58,277 nucleotides of DNA from sequence record SRR20825019_1533; one strand, written 5' to 3'. Within the stretch, counting starts at the first letter, position 1. Each line of letters begins with the position of its first letter. Shown one piece after another: positions 9,948 through 21,263 of this stretch. Both the position numbers and the translations under genes were made by a program. Below the pieces are notes generated by a model. The model was not told where the DNA came from and ran no database searches. It saw only the letters and a program-made list of their open reading frames with translations.

Positions 9948-11285
9948 TTATCCAAACAGTCTTGATAAATCATTGAAAAAGGCCAGAAACATCAGCATTA
10001 GCAACAGGAACAGCCCGATCTGCTGCCCTCTTATCTGTACTTCATCAGGCAAGGGTTTGCCACGAATGGCTTCAATCATAAACATCATCAAATGACCGCC
10101 GTCGAGCATCGGGATCGGCAGCAAATTCAAAATACCCAGGGTAATACTGATCATGGCCAGAAAGCTGACAAAACTAATCAATCCCTGCTCGGCTGAACTG
10201 CCTGCAATCTGGGCAATACTGATTGGGCCGCCCAGATTATCCGTGGAGACCTCACCAGTCAGCATGCCTCCCAGACTTTTCAATGTGGAACTGGTAAATA
10301 ACCAGGTCTGAACCACGGCCTCTTTGACGGCAGCAACAGGACCATAACGCAGCTCAGACCGGAGTTCCTCAGGCAGGCTGCTATAATCGGTGTCGACGCC
10401 GGCACCAATCCGGCCTTTGCCACCGTCTCCGGCTTCTGGTGTCAGAGACAGCTCCAAGGTTTGCTGGCCCCGCTCTATGGTTATTAATAGGGTTTCACCG
10501 GCTTTTTGCTGGATCAATTGCACCCAGTCATTCCAACTGCCCGGTTGACGACCATCGACTGAGACCAGTCTGTCGCCTTCCTGCAACCCAGCTTGCTGAG
10601 CCGGAGAATCAGGTACAACTTGTCCCAGCACGGGGGCAATTTCCGGTCTGAGTGGCGTGATACCCATCTCAATGAGCAAAAGACCGGTCTCGTCGAGCGC
10701 GACTTGCGGTACTTTTATGCTGAGTGTCTGCCTGGCTCCTCCTGATGCGACGGTGAGTTCAGCCTGATCACCCTGCTCAGCATGTCTAAGCAGGGCTTTG
10801 AACACACTGTTCCAGGTCGGCGTATCACGACCGTCGACTTGCACAATTTCATCGCCGCCGACCAGTCCTGCCTCAGCCACTATTGATTGCGGTTCAACCT
10901 CAGCCACGATCGGTTTAATACCGGGAATACCGATAATCAGCAAAAACCAGTAAGCCAGCACGGCAAAAGCCAGGTTGGCAACGGGTCCGGCCACGACAAT
11001 CGCCATACGTTTGGGCAGGGACTGGCGATTGAAAGCCTGATCAAGCTCGTTTTTGGGGACTTCGCCCTCCCGCTCATCAAGCATTTTGACATAGCCGCCC
11101 AGCGGAATCGGTGCAATCACATATTCCGTGCCGTCACGACCGAACTTGCTCCAGATCGGTTTACCAAACCCGACCGAGAAGCGCAGTACCTTGACGCCAC
11201 AGCGACGGGCTACCCAGAAATGACCATACTCATGAATAACAATGAGTAATGACAGGGCAATCAGAAAATAAAATAAAGACAGCAT
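9948..11285 (-). CDS. rseP: RIP metalloprotease RseP
   Basis: HEYGH motif, two PDZ domains, NLLPIPMLDGG. Confidence 0.97.
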   Translation of the reverse strand: MLSLFYFLIALSLLIVIHEYGHFWVARRCGVKVLRFSVGFGKPIWSKFGRDGTEYVIAPIPLGGYVKMLDEREGEVPKNELDQAFNRQSLPKRMAIVVAGPVANLAFAVLAYWFLLIIGIPGIKPIVAEVEPQSIVAEAGLVGGDEIVQVDGRDTPTWNSVFKALLRHAEQGDQAELTVASGGARQTLSIKVPQVALDETGLLLIEMGITPLRPEIAPVLGQVVPDSPAQQAGLQEGDRLVSVDGRQPGSWNDWVQLIQQKAGETLLITIERGQQTLELSLTPEAGDGGKGRIGAGVDTDYSSLPEELRSELRYGPVAAVKEAVVQTWLFTSSTLKSLGGMLTGEVSTDNLGGPISIAQIAGSSAEQGLISFVSFLAMISITLGILNLLPIPMLDGGHLMMFMIEAIRGKPLPDEVQIRGQQIGLFLLLMLMFLAFFNDLSRLFG

Positions 11286-12460
11286 CAGTTGACAAGCTCC
11301 CGGGCAAGGTCGCGGGCAGCCATATCGTCAGCGAGGATCTGCTCCAGGCTGTCAGCCGGTTTGGCTGGCAATGTTTGCAGTACCTGTTCAATAAGCCGGG
11401 CAATATCGGTAAAACGGATTTGTCTTTCTAAAAAAGCTTCGACCGCGATCTCATTGGCTGCATTGAGAATCGCAGTACTGGTACCGCCGGCTTCCAGGGC
11501 TTGATACGCCAATCGCAGACAGGGGAAACGTGCAAAGTCGGCTTTAGCAAAATCCAGACGTCCGGCCGTAACCAAATCCAATGGCGCCACACCGGAGTCA
11601 ATACGCTGTGGCCAGGCCAGCGTATTGGCAATCGGGGTACGCATATCGGGATTCCCCATCTGCGCTAAAACGCTGCCATCATCATAATCGACCATGGAGT
11701 GAATAATGCTCTGGCGGTGCAGAATGACTTCAATCTTATCGCTGGGCAAGCCAAACAGCCAGTGGGCTTCAATCACTTCCAAGCCTTTATTCATCATGGT
11801 CGCCGAATCGACCGAAATCTTCTGTCCCATCGACCAATTGGGATGGGCCACAGCCTGCTCTGGGGTGACTTCATCCAGCGATGACAATTCGGCATCACGG
11901 AAGGGTCCGCCGGAAGCAGTCAGAATAATACGGCGTACACCTTTGTCACTGAAATCATATTGCTGCTCACCCGCCAGCGGCATGCACTGCCAGATCGCAT
12001 TGTGCTCACTGTCCACCGGCAACAAGGTGGCCTTGTTTTGCTGCACTTCATGCATAAACAAGGCACCGCTCATCACCAGTGCCTCCTTGTTAGCAAGCAG
12101 AATACGCTTACCAGCGCGCGCTGCAGCCAAGGTCGGCAGCAGTCCGGCAGCACCCACAATCGCAGCGACCACATAATCGGTATGCTCACTGGCAGCTACT
12201 TCCTGCAATGCGCTTTCACCGGCCATGACCTGTGTGCTACAGTCATATTCCTGTAAACGCTGTCTGAGGGTGTCTGCTGCATCGGCATCAAGCATGACAG
12301 CAACGTGCGGTTGATACTCCAGGCATTGCTTGAGCATCACTTCAACCGAACCATTAGCGGTCAATGCATAAACAGAAAATTGATCACGGTGACGACTCAA
12401 CACATCCAGAGTGCTGACACCAATCGACCCGGTAGAGCCCAGGATCGTTACCGCTTTCAT
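11285..12460 (-). CDS. dxr: 1-deoxy-D-xylulose-5-phosphate reductoisomerase
   Basis: [19 protein letters not shown] and [17 protein letters not shown] motifs. Confidence 0.98.
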   Translation of the reverse strand: MKAVTILGSTGSIGVSTLDVLSRHRDQFSVYALTANGSVEVMLKQCLEYQPHVAVMLDADAADTLRQRLQEYDCSTQVMAGESALQEVAASEHTDYVVAAIVGAAGLLPTLAAARAGKRILLANKEALVMSGALFMHEVQQNKATLLPVDSEHNAIWQCMPLAGEQQYDFSDKGVRRIILTASGGPFRDAELSSLDEVTPEQAVAHPNWSMGQKISVDSATMMNKGLEVIEAHWLFGLPSDKIEVILHRQSIIHSMVDYDDGSVLAQMGNPDMRTPIANTLAWPQRIDSGVAPLDLVTAGRLDFAKADFARFPCLRLAYQALEAGGTSTAILNAANEIAVEAFLERQIRFTDIARLIEQVLQTLPAKPADSLEQILADDMAARDLARELVN

Positions 12461-13288
12461 TTATTGCGCTCCGAGGATAAGCAGGCTGGCTGTGAATACC
12501 GGGATCGCTGCTATCAGACTGTCAATACGATCGAGCATACCGCCATGGCCGGGTAACAGTTGGCCGCTGTCTTTAACCTGAAAACTGCGTTTGAATACAC
12601 TTTCCAGCAAATCACCGACAATGGAAATCAACACAACAAAAGCCGTCAACAATAACCAGCTGTACAACTCCTGTAGCGGGTTGCCGACAATAAAGTGAAA
12701 GCCTGTAGCCCAAATCAGCGCCAGTGCCAGGGCACCATAAACACCTTCCCAGGTTTTATTGGGACTGATGGCGACAGCCAGTTTGTGTTTGCCGAAGCGC
12801 TTACCGGCAAAGTACCCACCACTATCAGCGAGCCAGACGGTCACCAGTACATATAACAACAGTGCAGGGCCCTGCGGCCAATGACTGTGAAGCAATCCGG
12901 CACTGGCAACAAAGCCGGTCAAAATTAACAGCATGCTGATAAACACAAACAGCTTTGACTGGAACAGATGAACCAAGGCAGGACTCAATGGCTTGTTGGC
13001 GAAAAATAGCACCAGCAAGGTCGCGGAGAGCCAAACGCAGAGACTGATCGACAATATCACCAGAATCGGCAGGTAAAACAGGGCCAGTCCGCCAAGCAGG
13101 ACCAGCAGACTGACGAGAGCTATCTTAAGCCCGTTGTTTTGCAGTCCAGTCAGACTCAGCCATTCCCACGCGGCCAGTACAGAGACAGCCGTAAACAGTA
13201 AAGTGACTATGCCGCTCTGTAAATCCAGCAGCGCCCAGACAACCAGTGGAATAAGAACAGCGGCTGTAATCAGGCGTTGTTTAAGCAT
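12461..13288 (-). CDS. cdsA: Phosphatidate cytidylyltransferase
   Basis: ISPNKTWEG and KDSGQLLPGHGGMLDRIDS motifs; start at MLKQRL overlaps the uppS end. Confidence 0.96.
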   Translation of the reverse strand: MLKQRLITAAVLIPLVVWALLDLQSGIVTLLFTAVSVLAAWEWLSLTGLQNNGLKIALVSLLVLLGGLALFYLPILVILSISLCVWLSATLLVLFFANKPLSPALVHLFQSKLFVFISMLLILTGFVASAGLLHSHWPQGPALLLYVLVTVWLADSGGYFAGKRFGKHKLAVAISPNKTWEGVYGALALALIWATGFHFIVGNPLQELYSWLLLTAFVVLISIVGDLLESVFKRSFQVKDSGQLLPGHGGMLDRIDSLIAAIPVFTASLLILGAQ

Positions 13289-14024
13289 CAGAATCATCCT
13301 GCAGTTGTTCTGAAGTTCGACCAAAACGCCGCTCACGGCGGGAAAAGGAATCGATGGCTTTATTCAATTGGCCGGTATCAAATTCCGGCCACAATACATC
13401 GGTAAAAAAGAACTCAGTATAGGCCATCTGCCAGAGCAGAAAGTTACTGACGCGCTGCTCTCCCCCGGTGCGGATAAACAAGTCCGGCTCAGGCAGTGAT
13501 GCGGTCATCAAATGGCTGTTAATCATCTCTTCTGAAATCGCTTCCGCTGCCAGCTCACCACGGGCCACCTGCTCAGCCAGCTGTCTGACTGACTGGGTAA
13601 TATCCCAGCGGCCGCCGTAGTTGGCAGCAATATTCAGAATCAGGCCGGTATTATGCTGGGTGAGTTCATGCGCCTTGGCAATTTGTGTTTGCAGCGAGGT
13701 TGAAAAGCCGCTTATATCGCCAATGACCTGCAGCCTGATATTGTTCTCATGCAGTTTTTTGACTTGATTGTTCAGGGCATGGCTGAACAGTTCCATCAGT
13801 AATGAAACTTCTTTGCCAGGGCGGCGCCAGTTTTCACTGCTGAATGCGAACAGGCTCAGAACCTCAACGCCGAGCTGAGCACAACGTTTAACAATACCCT
13901 CAACCGCTTTAACACCGGCCCGGTGTCCCATAAAGCGTGGTTGCAGGCGTTGCTTGGCCCAGCGGCCGTTGCCATCCATGATGATGGCGATGTGTTTAGG
14001 GATTTTGGCAGTCGGCTCACTCAT
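13281..14024 (-). CDS. uppS: Undecaprenyl diphosphate synthase
   Basis: HIAIIMDGNGRWA, FSSENW and IRTGGEQRVSNFLLWQ motifs. Confidence 0.98.
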   Translation of the reverse strand: MSEPTAKIPKHIAIIMDGNGRWAKQRLQPRFMGHRAGVKAVEGIVKRCAQLGVEVLSLFAFSSENWRRPGKEVSLLMELFSHALNNQVKKLHENNIRLQVIGDISGFSTSLQTQIAKAHELTQHNTGLILNIAANYGGRWDITQSVRQLAEQVARGELAAEAISEEMINSHLMTASLPEPDLFIRTGGEQRVSNFLLWQMAYTEFFFTDVLWPEFDTGQLNKAIDSFSRRERRFGRTSEQLQDDSDA

Positions 14025-14043
14025 ACGAGTGTAAGAGAAATGG

Positions 14044-14065
14044 AGTGTAACCGGAGGGTTACACT
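14044..14065 (-). terminator. Hairpin overlapping the frr stop codon
   Basis: Stem AGTGTAACC/GGTTACACT with a 4-nt loop, followed on the minus strand by pyrimidine-rich CCATTTCTCTT. Confidence 0.35.
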
Positions 14066-14616
14066 TCCATCAGATCCGATTCTTTATCCGAAAGGATATG
14101 GTCGACTTCCTTAATAGTTGCGTCGGTCAGTTTCTGAATTTCTTCTTCTGCACCGCGCTCTTCATCTTCAGAGATTTCTTTCTCTTTCAGTAGCTCTTTC
14201 AATGTGCTGTTAGCATCACGGCGGATATTACGCACTGCAACACGGGCATGTTCTGCCTCTGCTTTCGCCACTTTTACGAGGTCACGGCGACGTTCTTCTG
14301 TCAGTGGCGGAATCGGAATACGAATCGTCATACCGGCGCTCATCGGGTTAACACCCAGATCGGATGTCATGATGGCTTTTTCAATCACTGACACCATGTC
14401 TTTTTCCCAAGGCGTTACTGACAGCGTACGGGAATCCTCAACACCGACATTAGCCACCTGATTCAGCGGCACATTTGAACCGTAATATGGCACCTGCAGG
14501 TGATCCAGCAGGCTGGTGTGTGCCCGACCAGCACGGATTTTTGCCATTTGCGAACTCAGAGCCGAGATGCTTTTCTGCATTCTGTCAGCGGCATCTTTTT
14601 TTATTTCTTCGATCAT
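14059..14616 (-). CDS. frr: Ribosome recycling factor
   Basis: [17 protein letters not shown] and VRNIRRDAN motifs. Confidence 0.98.
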   Translation of the reverse strand: MIEEIKKDAADRMQKSISALSSQMAKIRAGRAHTSLLDHLQVPYYGSNVPLNQVANVGVEDSRTLSVTPWEKDMVSVIEKAIMTSDLGVNPMSAGMTIRIPIPPLTEERRRDLVKVAKAEAEHARVAVRNIRRDANSTLKELLKEKEISEDEERGAEEEIQKLTDATIKEVDHILSDKESDLMEV

Positions 14617-14624
14617 GATCCGTC

Positions 14625-15350
14625 CTATTTCACTAATGTGCCAACATCTTCACCATAGATGATTTTGGTCAGATTACCGGCTTTATGCACATCAAATACA
14701 CGCAAAGGAATTTTCTGCTCCTGACACATAACCACCGCAGTGGTATCCATCACAGCCAGGCGATTATTGATCACTTCATCATAACTCAGTTCGGTATATC
14801 GAACGGCATCGGCATTCTTGCGCGGATCATCGGTGTAGACACCATCGACCTGGGTCGCTTTGAGCATCAGTTCAGCACCGATTTCCACCGCACGCAAACT
14901 AGCTGCTGAGTCGGTCGTGAAAAATGGATTGCCGGTGCCTGCCGCAAAAATCACCACACGGCCTTTTTCCAGATGCCGGATGGCACGACGACGAAGATAA
15001 TCTTCGCAGACTTCGTGAATACGAATCGCAGACATTACACGGCAGAAAGTGCCGTTTCGCTCCAGGGCATCCTGCAAAGCCAACGCATTCATCACTGTTG
15101 CCAACATGCCCATATGATCGGCACTGACCCGATCCATACCACTGGCAGCAAGACCAGCGCCACGGAAAATATTACCACCGCCGATGACGATGCCGAGCTC
15201 AACACCCTGGGCGTTGAGCTCGGTGATCTCTTTGGCAAAGCGGGAAATGACTTCTGGCTGGATGCCGTATTCGGCATCCCCCATTAAAGCCTCGCCACTC
15301 AGTTTGAGCAGAACGCGCTTAAAAACTGGTTGACTTCCCGTTGTCATCAA
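14625..15350 (-). CDS. pyrH: UMP kinase
   Basis: [17 protein letters not shown] and [10 protein letters not shown] motifs. Confidence 0.98.
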   Translation of the reverse strand: MMTTGSQPVFKRVLLKLSGEALMGDAEYGIQPEVISRFAKEITELNAQGVELGIVIGGGNIFRGAGLAASGMDRVSADHMGMLATVMNALALQDALERNGTFCRVMSAIRIHEVCEDYLRRRAIRHLEKGRVVIFAAGTGNPFFTTDSAASLRAVEIGAELMLKATQVDGVYTDDPRKNADAVRYTELSYDEVINNRLAVMDTTAVVMCQEQKIPLRVFDVHKAGNLTKIIYGEDVGTLVK

Positions 15351-16229
15351 TTATTTACCTCTGGCTTGAGCCATCACTTCTTCAGCAAAGTTGTCTTCTG
15401 CTTTCTCGATACCTTCACCGACTTCATAGAAAGCAAAACCTTCTACTGTGGCACCGGCCTGTTTGACCAGTTTTTCTACAGTCAGGTCAGGATCTTTAAC
15501 GAAAGGCTGACCCAGCAGGCTGATTTCGTTAACGAATTTCGCCATCCGGCCTTCGATCATTTTCTCAATGATGTTATCCGGTTTGCCACTGTCTTTCGCC
15601 TGAGTCGCAACGATGTCACGCTCTTTATCAAGCAGTTCCTGAGACAGGTCATCCGGAGAAACGGCTTGCGGACGGCTGGCTGCAACATGCATGGCCAGGT
15701 CTCTTGCCAATTCTTCGTCACCACCTTTGATGTTAACCATCGTACCGATGCGGTCACCGTGACGGTAGAAACCGATAATGCCATCGGTTGACATGGTGGT
15801 GAAACGACGGATCTGGATGTTTTCACCGATTTTAGCGACCAGCGCCTGGCGCTTGGTTTCAACGGTTTCACCGGAGTCCAGCGTCAGTACTTTTAATGCT
15901 TCCAGATCAGCCGGTTGTTCAGCCAGTGCTTTCTGGGCAACCTGGTTAACAAAGTCGACGAAATCATCGGCTTTAGCCACAAAGTCAGTTTCAGAGTTGA
16001 CTTCCAGCATGATCGCATTCTTGTTATCACTGCTGACTTCGATAGCAATGATACCTTCAGCGGCAACGCGATCGGCTTTCTTGTCAGCTTTTGCCAGACC
16101 GGCTTTACGCATTTCTTCGATAGCCAGTTCGATATCGCCGTTTGCTTCAACCAGTGCTTTTTTGCACTCCATCATGCCTGAGCCGGTACGCTCACGCAGT
16201 TCTTTTACTAAAGCTGCAGTAATTGCCAT
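15351..16229 (-). CDS. tsf: Elongation factor Ts
   Basis: [19 protein letters not shown] and [10 protein letters not shown] motifs. Confidence 0.98.
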   Translation of the reverse strand: MAITAALVKELRERTGSGMMECKKALVEANGDIELAIEEMRKAGLAKADKKADRVAAEGIIAIEVSSDNKNAIMLEVNSETDFVAKADDFVDFVNQVAQKALAEQPADLEALKVLTLDSGETVETKRQALVAKIGENIQIRRFTTMSTDGIIGFYRHGDRIGTMVNIKGGDEELARDLAMHVAASRPQAVSPDDLSQELLDKERDIVATQAKDSGKPDNIIEKMIEGRMAKFVNEISLLGQPFVKDPDLTVEKLVKQAGATVEGFAFYEVGEGIEKAEDNFAEEVMAQARGK

Positions 16230-16292
16230 TGTTATCACCCTTCAAATCAATTCAGTTTGTGCCGGCCTGATTATTCAGACCACACATACAAC

Positions 16293-16320
16293 ACAGGCCC
16301 GCCCTCACGGGCGAGCCTGT
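16293..16320 (-). terminator. rpsB-tsf intergenic hairpin (attenuator-like)
   Basis: ACAGGC-C-CGCCC/GGGCG-A-GCCTGT stem with a 4-nt loop, in the position where E. coli has an rpsB-tsf attenuator. Confidence 0.55.
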
Positions 16321-16338
16321 TGAGTTTCTCAGTAGAAA

Positions 16339-17091
16339 TTACTCGGCTGCTTTTTCAGCACTGTCTTCAGCAACTTCTACAAATTCTTCGCCAGCATCTG
16401 CGGTAGTCACAGAGGCACGACCTTCCAGAATGGCGTCGGCAATGTTCGCGGTATAGAGGCGAATCGCACGCATGGAGTCATCGTTACCTGGAATGACATA
16501 GTCGATGCCGTCAGGATTACTGTTGCTATCGACAACGGCAATCACAGGAATACCCAGTTTCTGCGCTTCTTTGATTGCAATGCTTTCATGTTCAACGTCG
16601 ATAACAAACATCGCATCTGGCAGGCCACCCATTTTGCGGATACCACCGATGCTCTTTTCCAGTTTTTCCTGCTCGCGTGTCAGGTCCAGCACTTCTTTCT
16701 TTTTCAGGCCTTCGGTTTTGCCTGACTCGACCATATCCTGGATGTGATCCAGACGTTTGATTGATGCACGAACGGTCTGGAAGTTGGTCAGCATACCGCC
16801 CAACCAGCGACGGTTAACAAAAGGCATACCGGCGCGCTCTGCGTCTTCACGGATTGCATCCTGGGCAGCACGCTTAGTGCCGACAAACAGGATTTTGCCT
16901 TTTTTGGAAGCCAGTTTGCTGACGTAGTTCAACGCATCGTTGAACAGGGGCAGGCTTTGTTCCAGGTTGATGATATGAATATTGTTGCGTTTACCAAAAA
17001 TGAAAGGGCCCATTTTTGGATTCCAGTAGCGGGTCTGGTGACCGAAATGTACGCCTGCTTCAAGCATTTGGCGCATTGTTGTTTTAGCCAT
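16339..17091 (-). CDS. rpsB: 30S ribosomal protein S2
   Basis: [27 protein letters not shown] and IPGNDD motifs. Confidence 0.99.
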   Translation of the reverse strand: MAKTTMRQMLEAGVHFGHQTRYWNPKMGPFIFGKRNNIHIINLEQSLPLFNDALNYVSKLASKKGKILFVGTKRAAQDAIREDAERAGMPFVNRRWLGGMLTNFQTVRASIKRLDHIQDMVESGKTEGLKKKEVLDLTREQEKLEKSIGGIRKMGGLPDAMFVIDVEHESIAIKEAQKLGIPVIAVVDSNSNPDGIDYVIPGNDDSMRAIRLYTANIADAILEGRASVTTADAGEEFVEVAEDSAEKAAE

Positions 17092-17232
17092 GATTATACC
17101 TTTAGAGTATGGGGTTTAGCCTCCACGTACCCCAGTTGTCGACTGTTCGAGTCTTATCGACAGCACCCCGACAACTGTGTCGGCACATGTGTGATTTTGC
17201 TCCGCATGCTCAATTAAAGAGCATCAGCGGGC
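17092..17232 (-). ncRNA. rpsB 5' leader (t44 / S2 autogenous operator)
   Basis: The minus strand contains CACACATGTGCCGACAC..CGGGGTGC..[hairpin]..GGGTACGTGGAGGC-TAAACCCC, which matches the conserved gammaproteobacterial rpsB leader. Ends approximate. Confidence 0.8.
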
Positions 17233-17249
17233 GCGCATATTATTCCACA
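17228..17249 (-). promoter_or_regulatory. rpsB extended -10 promoter with GC-rich discriminator
   Basis: TGTGGAATAAT followed by ATGCGCGCCCG, similar to the E. coli rpsB promoter (TGTG-extended -10 plus GCGCGC). Confidence 0.6.
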
Positions 17250-17374
17250 AATAGGATGTAAAACAAAGCCAAATCATCTACCCACCTGTTTTGCCAAAGC
17301 ATCACTGGTGACCAGACCGGATTTCCGGCAAACTATGGTCTTGGCTTACAACATTATTTAATTGGGAATTGTAC

Positions 17375-18145
17375 ATGGCAGTCAGTATTAAAACTGCAGA
17401 CGAAATCGAAAAAATGCGAATTGCCGGTAGGCTCGCCGCTGATGTGTTGATGATGATCACCCCGCATGTCCAGCCCGGCATCACCACGGACGAACTGAAC
17501 CAGATCTGTCACGATTACATCGTCAATGAGCAAAAAGCGATTCCAGCGCCGCTCAATTATCATGGCTTTCCCAAATCGGTCTGTACGTCGGTCAATCACG
17601 TTATCTGTCATGGCATTCCCGGTGATAAGAAACTGAAAGACGGTGACATCATTAATATTGATGTGACAGTCATTAAAGACGGCTATCACGGCGATACCAG
17701 TAAAATGTTCCATGTCGGCAAGACCTCTATCCTGGCCCAGCGCCTGTGTCGTATTGCCCGTGAATCCATGCTGATCGGGATCGATATGGTGAAGCCCGGT
17801 ATTCGTCTGGGCGATATCGGTCATGCCATCCAGCAACACGCTGAAAAGGAAAACTTTTCCGTGGTACGTGAATACTGCGGTCACGGCATCGGCACCGTCT
17901 TTCACGAAGAACCACAGGTACTGCACTACGGCACGCCCGGCACCGGTATGGAACTCAAACCCGGTATGACGTTCACAATTGAACCCATGATTAATGCGGG
18001 TAAACGTCACGTCCGGCAGTTACCGGATGGCTGGACCGTGGTCACCAAGGATCGCTCTCTATCCGCACAGTGGGAACACACCATACTGGTCACTGAAAAC
18101 GGCCATGAAGTTTTGACCCGTCGCGAAGAGGAGGACGATCTCTGA
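17375..18145 (+). CDS. map: Methionine aminopeptidase type I
   Basis: CTSVNHVICHGIP, DGYHGDTS, YCGHGIG..FHEEP and SAQWEHT motifs. Confidence 0.98.
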   Translation: MAVSIKTADEIEKMRIAGRLAADVLMMITPHVQPGITTDELNQICHDYIVNEQKAIPAPLNYHGFPKSVCTSVNHVICHGIPGDKKLKDGDIINIDVTVIKDGYHGDTSKMFHVGKTSILAQRLCRIARESMLIGIDMVKPGIRLGDIGHAIQQHAEKENFSVVREYCGHGIGTVFHEEPQVLHYGTPGTGMELKPGMTFTIEPMINAGKRHVRQLPDGWTVVTKDRSLSAQWEHTILVTENGHEVLTRREEEDDL

Positions 18146-18189
18146 TCCAGGATGAGCCAATATCCCAACAAGCCACTTCTATCTGGGAA

Positions 18190-20778
18190 GTGGGCAACCT
18201 TGTAATGCCCTTTGACGCCGAAGTTAGCAGTGAACTATGCCGGCACGCGCTGAAACAAAGTCAACAACACCTTAAACAGCAATTCGATCAGGGCGTACCG
18301 GTTGCGGATCTGGTCTATCAACGCGCCGCTTTTGTCGATGAAATCCTGCAACAAATCTGGCAGCAGTTTATTGATGAAAAAACGCCGGTCAGCCTGGTTG
18401 CGGTCGGTGGCTATGGCCGCGGCGAACTACACCCCTACTCCGATGTCGATCTGCTGATCCTGCTTGATGAATCAGTTTCTGCTGAACCGCCAACATCACT
18501 CTCGGACTTTCTAACCCAATTGTGGGATATCGGGCTGGAAATCGGCCACAGCGTCAGAACCATTCAGGAATGCCGGCAGCAGGCGGAAGAAGACATCACG
18601 ATTGCCACCAATCTGCTGGAAGCCCGGTTTCTATGCGGTAACGAAAGTTTGTTTGAGTCACTGGAGCAACTGACGGTCGAAAACAAAACCTGGGATACCC
18701 GCCGCTTTTTCGAGCTGAAACGTCAGGAACAGTTTGACCGTCATCAGAAATACAACGACTCTGCCAGCAACCTGGAACCGAATTTAAAAGAATCACCCGG
18801 CGGCTTGCGAGATATACAGGTCGTGACCTGGGTGGCGCAGCAGCACTTTGATGTGCGTAATCTGGAAGGACTCAGGCAAAAAGGCTTTCTCGCCAACAGC
18901 GAATTTGAGACGCTGCATAAAGCTCAGCAATTTCTCTGGACAATTCGTTTTGCTCTCCACCAGCTGGCCGGTCGCAAACAGGAAAAGCTGATGATTGACC
19001 ATCAGCGTGAACTCGCGAAACAACTGGGTTATTTCGACAATGAGTCGCGTCTCGCTGTCGAGCAGTTCATGAAGGATTACTATCGCTGTGCCCGCGCGGT
19101 CGGTCAGATGAACAGTCTGCTTTTGCAGTTGTTCGAAGAAACCATCATTCTCGCTGATGAGCCGCGTGACATCAGAATCCTTAACCGCCGCTTTCAGTCT
19201 CATAACGGTTATCTTGAAACCATTAATCCGGGCATATTTGCCTATTACCCCTATGCCCTGCTGGAAGTGTTTCTGGTACTGGAGCAGAATCCGCAGCTCA
19301 AAGGTGTCCGCGCCTCGACCATTCGCCAGATCCATGCGCATTTGCACTTGATTGATGATAAATTCCGGGCCGACCTGCGTAACCGCAGCTTGTTTATGGA
19401 AATCATCCGTCAGCCCAAAGGGGTAACACACGAATTCCGTCGGATGAATGAGCTGGATGTGCTCGGCGCCTATCTCCCTGAGTTTGGCCGCATTGTCGGC
19501 CAGATGCAGCATGACCTCTTCCATGCCTATACCGTGGATGAACATACGCTGTTTCTGGTCCGTAATCTCCGTCGTTTCTCCTGTGAGGAATACCGTGACG
19601 AATTTCCCCTGTGCTCAGAAGTGTTTAACCAGTTACCCAAACCTGAACTGCTTTATATCGCCGGTATCTACCATGATATTGCCAAGGGCCGTGGTGGTGA
19701 TCACAGTGTACTGGGCGTGATTGATGCCAAGGCCTTCTGTGAACGTCACAGTTTGAGCAGCTATGACACCGACTTAATCTGTTTTCTGATCCGTCATCAC
19801 TTGGCGATGTCCTCAACGGCGCAAAAAAGCGATCTGGAAGATCCGGATGTCATCAAAAAATTTGCCGATCTGGTGCAAACCACCGACCGGCTGAATTACC
19901 TGTATCTCCTGACCGTGGCCGATATTCGCGCCACTAATAACAACCTCTGGAACGGCTGGCGTGACTCGCTACTCAAACAGCTCTATCACAGTACGCGTCA
20001 GTGGATTGAACACACTGAAGCACAAGCAAAAAGTACCCGTGAGAAAAGCTATAAAAAATACCAGGAAGCGATGCAGAAATTGCAGGAAAAAGGCCGTCTT
20101 CAGCAGGATATCAGCCTGCTCTGGCAGGACTATGATCTGGAGTACTTCCTGCGCCACTCGGTTGATGAGCTTATCTGGCAAACTGAAGAGAGACTGGACC
20201 ACGCCGGTGAAGATCCGCTGATAGCTTTGCGAACTCATAATGAGCGTCAGACTCTGGAAATCTTTGTTGTCACCAAAGACCGGCCCGGTATTTTCGCCGC
20301 CATCACCTCAGCACTGGAGCAATGCCAACTCAACGTGCTGGACGCCAAGATCAACGTCACCAGCGAACTGGATGCGCTTAATACCTTCATCGTCAACGGC
20401 GACACGCTGGAATCCCGCGAGATCATCAAGGCACTTCAGAAACAGCTTGCCAATACCGGCGATATCAAGGCCTATTGCCCGGTGATTACCCCCAGAACCA
20501 TGAAGCTGTTCAAGACACAACCTAATATCGAATTTGAGACCAATCCGCAGCAAAACCACACGGTCATGTCTCTTTATACGCACGACCGACCGGGTCTGGT
20601 TTCTGCCGTAGCCCAAGTCTTTCTGGCCTGCAATATTCAGTTGATTAACGCCAAAATCAACACCCTCGGAGATCAGGTGGAAGACGTTTTCTTTATCACC
20701 ACACAGGAAGATGGTGCCCTGTCTGAAGCCGAAGAAGACGAACTCAAATCGCGTCTGGTCGAGAGCCTGTCACATTAA
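18190..20778 (+). CDS. glnD: PII uridylyltransferase/uridylyl-removing enzyme
   Basis: AVGGYGRGELHPYSDVDLL NTase motif, HD domain (HAYTVDEH, HDIAKG), C-terminal ACT domains. Start uncertain (18190 or 18205). Confidence 0.97.
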   Translation: MGNLVMPFDAEVSSELCRHALKQSQQHLKQQFDQGVPVADLVYQRAAFVDEILQQIWQQFIDEKTPVSLVAVGGYGRGELHPYSDVDLLILLDESVSAEPPTSLSDFLTQLWDIGLEIGHSVRTIQECRQQAEEDITIATNLLEARFLCGNESLFESLEQLTVENKTWDTRRFFELKRQEQFDRHQKYNDSASNLEPNLKESPGGLRDIQVVTWVAQQHFDVRNLEGLRQKGFLANSEFETLHKAQQFLWTIRFALHQLAGRKQEKLMIDHQRELAKQLGYFDNESRLAVEQFMKDYYRCARAVGQMNSLLLQLFEETIILADEPRDIRILNRRFQSHNGYLETINPGIFAYYPYALLEVFLVLEQNPQLKGVRASTIRQIHAHLHLIDDKFRADLRNRSLFMEIIRQPKGVTHEFRRMNELDVLGAYLPEFGRIVGQMQHDLFHAYTVDEHTLFLVRNLRRFSCEEYRDEFPLCSEVFNQLPKPELLYIAGIYHDIAKGRGGDHSVLGVIDAKAFCERHSLSSYDTDLICFLIRHHLAMSSTAQKSDLEDPDVIKKFADLVQTTDRLNYLYLLTVADIRATNNNLWNGWRDSLLKQLYHSTRQWIEHTEAQAKSTREKSYKKYQEAMQKLQEKGRLQQDISLLWQDYDLEYFLRHSVDELIWQTEERLDHAGEDPLIALRTHNERQTLEIFVVTKDRPGIFAAITSALEQCQLNVLDAKINVTSELDALNTFIVNGDTLESREIIKALQKQLANTGDIKAYCPVITPRTMKLFKTQPNIEFETNPQQNHTVMSLYTHDRPGLVSAVAQVFLACNIQLINAKINTLGDQVEDVFFITTQEDGALSEAEEDELKSRLVESLSH

Positions 20779-20815
20779 AAAAGCGGCATGACTGCAAGCC
20801 AGTCATGCCGCTTTT
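20779..20815. terminator. Bidirectional rho-independent terminator (glnD/comEA)
   Basis: 16-bp perfect stem AAAAGCGGCATGACTG/CAGTCATGCCGCTTTT with a 5-nt loop and A/T tracts on both sides. Confidence 0.9.
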
Positions 20816-20830
20816 CTCTGAATCCTGACC

Positions 20831-21097
20831 TTATTCTGTCACGGTCACATCATCAGACAGGCTCTGCAACTTCTTGTCGCCAATGCCTTTCACGCTTTTA
20901 AGTTCATCAACACTGTCAAAGCCACCGTTTGCTTCACGGTATTCAATAATAGCCGAGGCTGTAGACGGACCGACGCCGTCAAGCATCTGAAGCTGTTCCG
21001 CCGAAGCGTCATTGAGATTGATTTTGTCGGCCGCAAAAGCTGAGCCAAAAGACAAGAATAACGCTGCAAACGCAGCAATAAGCATTTGTTTCAACAT
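20831..21097 (-). CDS. comEA: ComEA family helix-hairpin-helix DNA-binding protein
   Basis: Signal peptide, KINLNDASAEQL..LDGVG and FDSVDEL..VKGIG HhH motifs. Confidence 0.9.
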   Translation of the reverse strand: MLKQMLIAAFAALFLSFGSAFAADKINLNDASAEQLQMLDGVGPSTASAIIEYREANGGFDSVDELKSVKGIGDKKLQSLSDDVTVTE

Positions 21098-21193
21098 GAT
21101 ATCTTCCTTGTTATTAGTCCTTTAAATCACTCACCCTGAGTGACAATTAGAGCCTACTTTATCCTGTCAATATTTTGCAAGTCGCATCTAAAA

Positions 21194-21215
21194 AATCGTG
21201 AAATGCCTCACATTT
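21194..21215. promoter_or_regulatory. CRP-like binding site upstream of comEA
   Basis: AATCGTGA-N6-TCACATTT versus the consensus AAATGTGA-N6-TCACATTT. Confidence 0.55.
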
Positions 21216-21263
21216 TTTAGATCAGCCTGTGCTTGAGCCGAGCCAAACGGCCCGAATCAAAAG

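Noticed and set aside
17354-19545. Long antisense ORFs (218 aa, 250 aa) opposite map and glnD, and similar shadow ORFs elsewhere
   Set aside because: They fully overlap well-conserved genes on the other strand and are typical antisense shadows.
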